This document shows positions 62,075-64,000 of a stretch of 64,000 bases of DNA, one piece after another. Position 1 is the first letter of the stretch. Each line of letters opens with the position of its first letter. The notes beneath the pieces were generated by a model. That model saw only the letters and a list, made by a program, of their open reading frames with translations. It was not told the origin of the DNA and did not search any database. The stretch spans positions 49,309-113,308 of the forward strand of contig JAPOLY010000001.1 in the NCBI GenBank assembly GCA_029976805.1, given 5' to 3'. The DNA is from a bacterium (GTDB lineage Bacteria > Planctomycetota > UBA8108 > UBA1146). The translations under genes were made by a program, and so were the position numbers.

Positions 62075-62140
62075 TTCGTACGTTTTTTTAATCCATGGCT
62101 GACCAGCGCGCGCGTCGCGCCAGGAGCGAAGGAGATCAGA

Positions 62141-62539
62141 GTGAGTATGACTGATCCTGTTGCGGATCTGCTGACACGCATCCGCAACGTTAATGTGCTG
62201 GGACGGAAATCTGTCAAAGCACCTTTCTCCCGTATCAAGGAACAAATCCTCAGTACGCTGAAGCGTGAAGGTTTCATCGAGGACTACCGGATTGAGGGCG
62301 ATATTCCTTCCAAGGAACTCGTGGTCGATCTGAAGTATGGTCCTGAAGGTGAAACCGTGATCCGTCGCATCGACCGGGTCTCACGTCCCGGGTGCCGGGT
62401 TTACAGCACTGTGGCCGACCTCCCTGTCGTTCGTGACGGTCAGGGAATCATGGTCATTTCCACCTCCCATGGGATTCTCAGTGACAATGAAGCACGCCAG
62501 CAAAATGTCGGTGGCGAGCTGATCTGTCGGGTCTATTAG
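62141..62539 (+). CDS. rpsH: 30S ribosomal protein S8
   Basis: DPVADLLTRIRN, SRPG.RVY, STSHG, GGE. Confidence 0.98.
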   Translation: MSMTDPVADLLTRIRNVNVLGRKSVKAPFSRIKEQILSTLKREGFIEDYRIEGDIPSKELVVDLKYGPEGETVIRRIDRVSRPGCRVYSTVADLPVVRDGQGIMVISTSHGILSDNEARQQNVGGELICRVY

Positions 62540-62550
62540 GGGGGGGCAAC

Positions 62551-63090
62551 ATGTCAAGACTGGGTAAAAAACCCTTGCCGATTCCCTCTGGTGTAACCGT
62601 CGACGTCAATGCAGACGCCGTCAACGTCAAGGGACCCAAGGGAGAACTGAGCTTACCGGTGCATCCGACGATTGAGTTGTCCGTCGCTGACGACGCTGTC
62701 ACCGTCGGCCGCAAATCCGAGGATCGGATTGCCCGTGCCATGCACGGCACTTCGCGCCAGTTGCTTCAAAACATGATTTTGGGTGTGACTCAGGGTTTCA
62801 CCAAGGAACTTGAGATCGTTGGAGTTGGATACAACGCCAAGATCCAGGGATCCAAGTTGACCCTTGCTATTGGATTCTGTCACCCCGTCGACTTCGACAT
62901 TCCCGAGGGAATCAATTGCGAGTGTCCTGAGAACACGCGCATTGTCATCTCCGGAATGGACAAGCAGGCGGTGGGGCAATTTGCTGCCAACATCCGCGCC
63001 GTTCGCAAGCCCGAGCCCTACAAGGGCAAGGGAATTCGTTACAAGGATGAAGTGGTTCGCCGCAAGCAAGCCAAGAGCTTCGGGGCATAG
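62551..63090 (+). CDS. rplF: 50S ribosomal protein L6
   Basis: VKGPKG, GVGY, PEPYKGKGIRY. Confidence 0.98.
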   Translation: MSRLGKKPLPIPSGVTVDVNADAVNVKGPKGELSLPVHPTIELSVADDAVTVGRKSEDRIARAMHGTSRQLLQNMILGVTQGFTKELEIVGVGYNAKIQGSKLTLAIGFCHPVDFDIPEGINCECPENTRIVISGMDKQAVGQFAANIRAVRKPEPYKGKGIRYKDEVVRRKQAKSFGA

Positions 63091-63104
63091 GGAGGTAAAG
63101 CACG

Positions 63105-63470
63105 ATGAAAGCCATCAAGAAAAAGACCGTGCGTCGCCTTCGCAGGAAGCGCCACATTCGGAAAAAAGTTTCTGGAACTGCCGACCGTCCCCGTTTGACG
63201 GTCTTCCGCAGTGCCAAGCATATCTACTGCCAGGTGATCGACGACTTCACTGGAGTCACCATCGCCAGTGCATCCACCCAGGTGAAAGAAATCAGCGACG
63301 CTGGTTCCACCGGAAACATCAAGGGTGCGGAAGCAGTCGGTGCACTTCTCGCCGGGCGTCTCAAGGAGAAAGGCATCGAAGCCGTCTCCTTTGATCGCAA
63401 TGGCTACAAGTATCATGGGCGGATCGAGGCGTTGGCCGAGACTCTCCGCAAGGAAGGCATCAAGGTCTAA
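63105..63470 (+). CDS. rplR: 50S ribosomal protein L18
   Basis: [23 protein letters not shown]. Confidence 0.98.
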   Translation: MKAIKKKTVRRLRRKRHIRKKVSGTADRPRLTVFRSAKHIYCQVIDDFTGVTIASASTQVKEISDAGSTGNIKGAEAVGALLAGRLKEKGIEAVSFDRNGYKYHGRIEALAETLRKEGIKV

Positions 63471-63472
63471 GC

Positions 63473-64000
63473 ATGTCTGAAGAAGAAAACAAGCCGGCAG
63501 AAGAAGCTGCAAAGCCTGCCGAGAACAACGACGCTCCCGCTGCCAAAGCGGCAGCTCCCGCTTCTGACAGCGCACCTGCAACCGACAGTGCACCTGCCGA
63601 TGGCGGTGGTCGCGGCGGTCGCGGAGGTAATCGTCAGGGTGGTGATCGTGGTGGCCGTGGTGGTCGTGGTGGCCGTGGTGGTCGCGGCGGTCGGGGCCGT
63701 GGACGGGGTCGCGAGGAAGATGAAGGCCCACGCCTTGAAGAGCGTGTGGTCAAGATCAATCGCGTGGCCGCTACCGTCAAAGGTGGACGCCGCATGTCTT
63801 TCAGTGCCCTCGTTGTCCTTGGTGACAAAAAAGGCAAGGTCGGCATCGGTTTCGGCAAGGCCAAGGAAGTGCAGAGCGCCCTGGAGAAAGCCTTCAAGGA
63901 TGCCCGTGCCAACCTGGTGACCATCGAGACCAAGGGAACCACCATTCCCCACGAAGTCGTCGGTGTTTCCGGGACTGCCAAAGTGAAACTGATCCCGGCT
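63473..64000 (+). CDS. rpsE: 30S ribosomal protein S5, truncated by the window end, with an N-terminal Ala/Pro and RGG extension
   Basis: Manual translation from ATG 63473 (absent from the ORF track): ...[43 protein letters not shown]. Confidence 0.96.
   Translation, partial: MSEEENKPAEEAAKPAENNDAPAAKAAAPASDSAPATDSAPADGGGRGGRGGNRQGGDRGGRGGRGGRGGRGGRGRGRGREEDEGPRLEERVVKINRVAATVKGGRRMSFSALVVLGDKKGKVGIGFGKAKEVQSALEKAFKDARANLVTIETKGTTIPHEVVGVSGTAKVKLIPA

Overview
A 64 kb chromosomal window, most likely from a Planctomycetota bacterium. This is inferred from the Rpo[16 protein letters not shown] signature, the SecE/S7 N-termini and the dockerin-like tails, not from a database search. 1-36.7 kb: envelope and metabolic genes (metallophosphoesterase, DUF4261-like, neuC-like epimerase, murJ, ALDH7, M50 protease, a menG-hyp-ubiX-ubiA/mqnP operon, murQ, tatD, amidohydrolase, dGTPase, ispD/OMP/ispF, cysS). 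Within this, 4.5-17.5 kb is a tandem array of four large, secreted, acidic, Cys-rich modular proteins. They are built from shuffled shared domains and all end in the same dockerin-like tail. 36.8-64 kb: five tRNAs, tuf, secE-nusG-rplKAJL-rpoBC, rpsL-rpsG, a divergent EF-G separated from rpsG by a terminator, a ~600 nt heavily base-paired leader, and the S10-spc ribosomal protein operons (rpsE is cut by the window edge). The best candidates for new biology are the dockerin-tagged modular surface-protein array and the large structured RNA upstream of rpsJ. No CRISPR array, transposase or integrase was seen.
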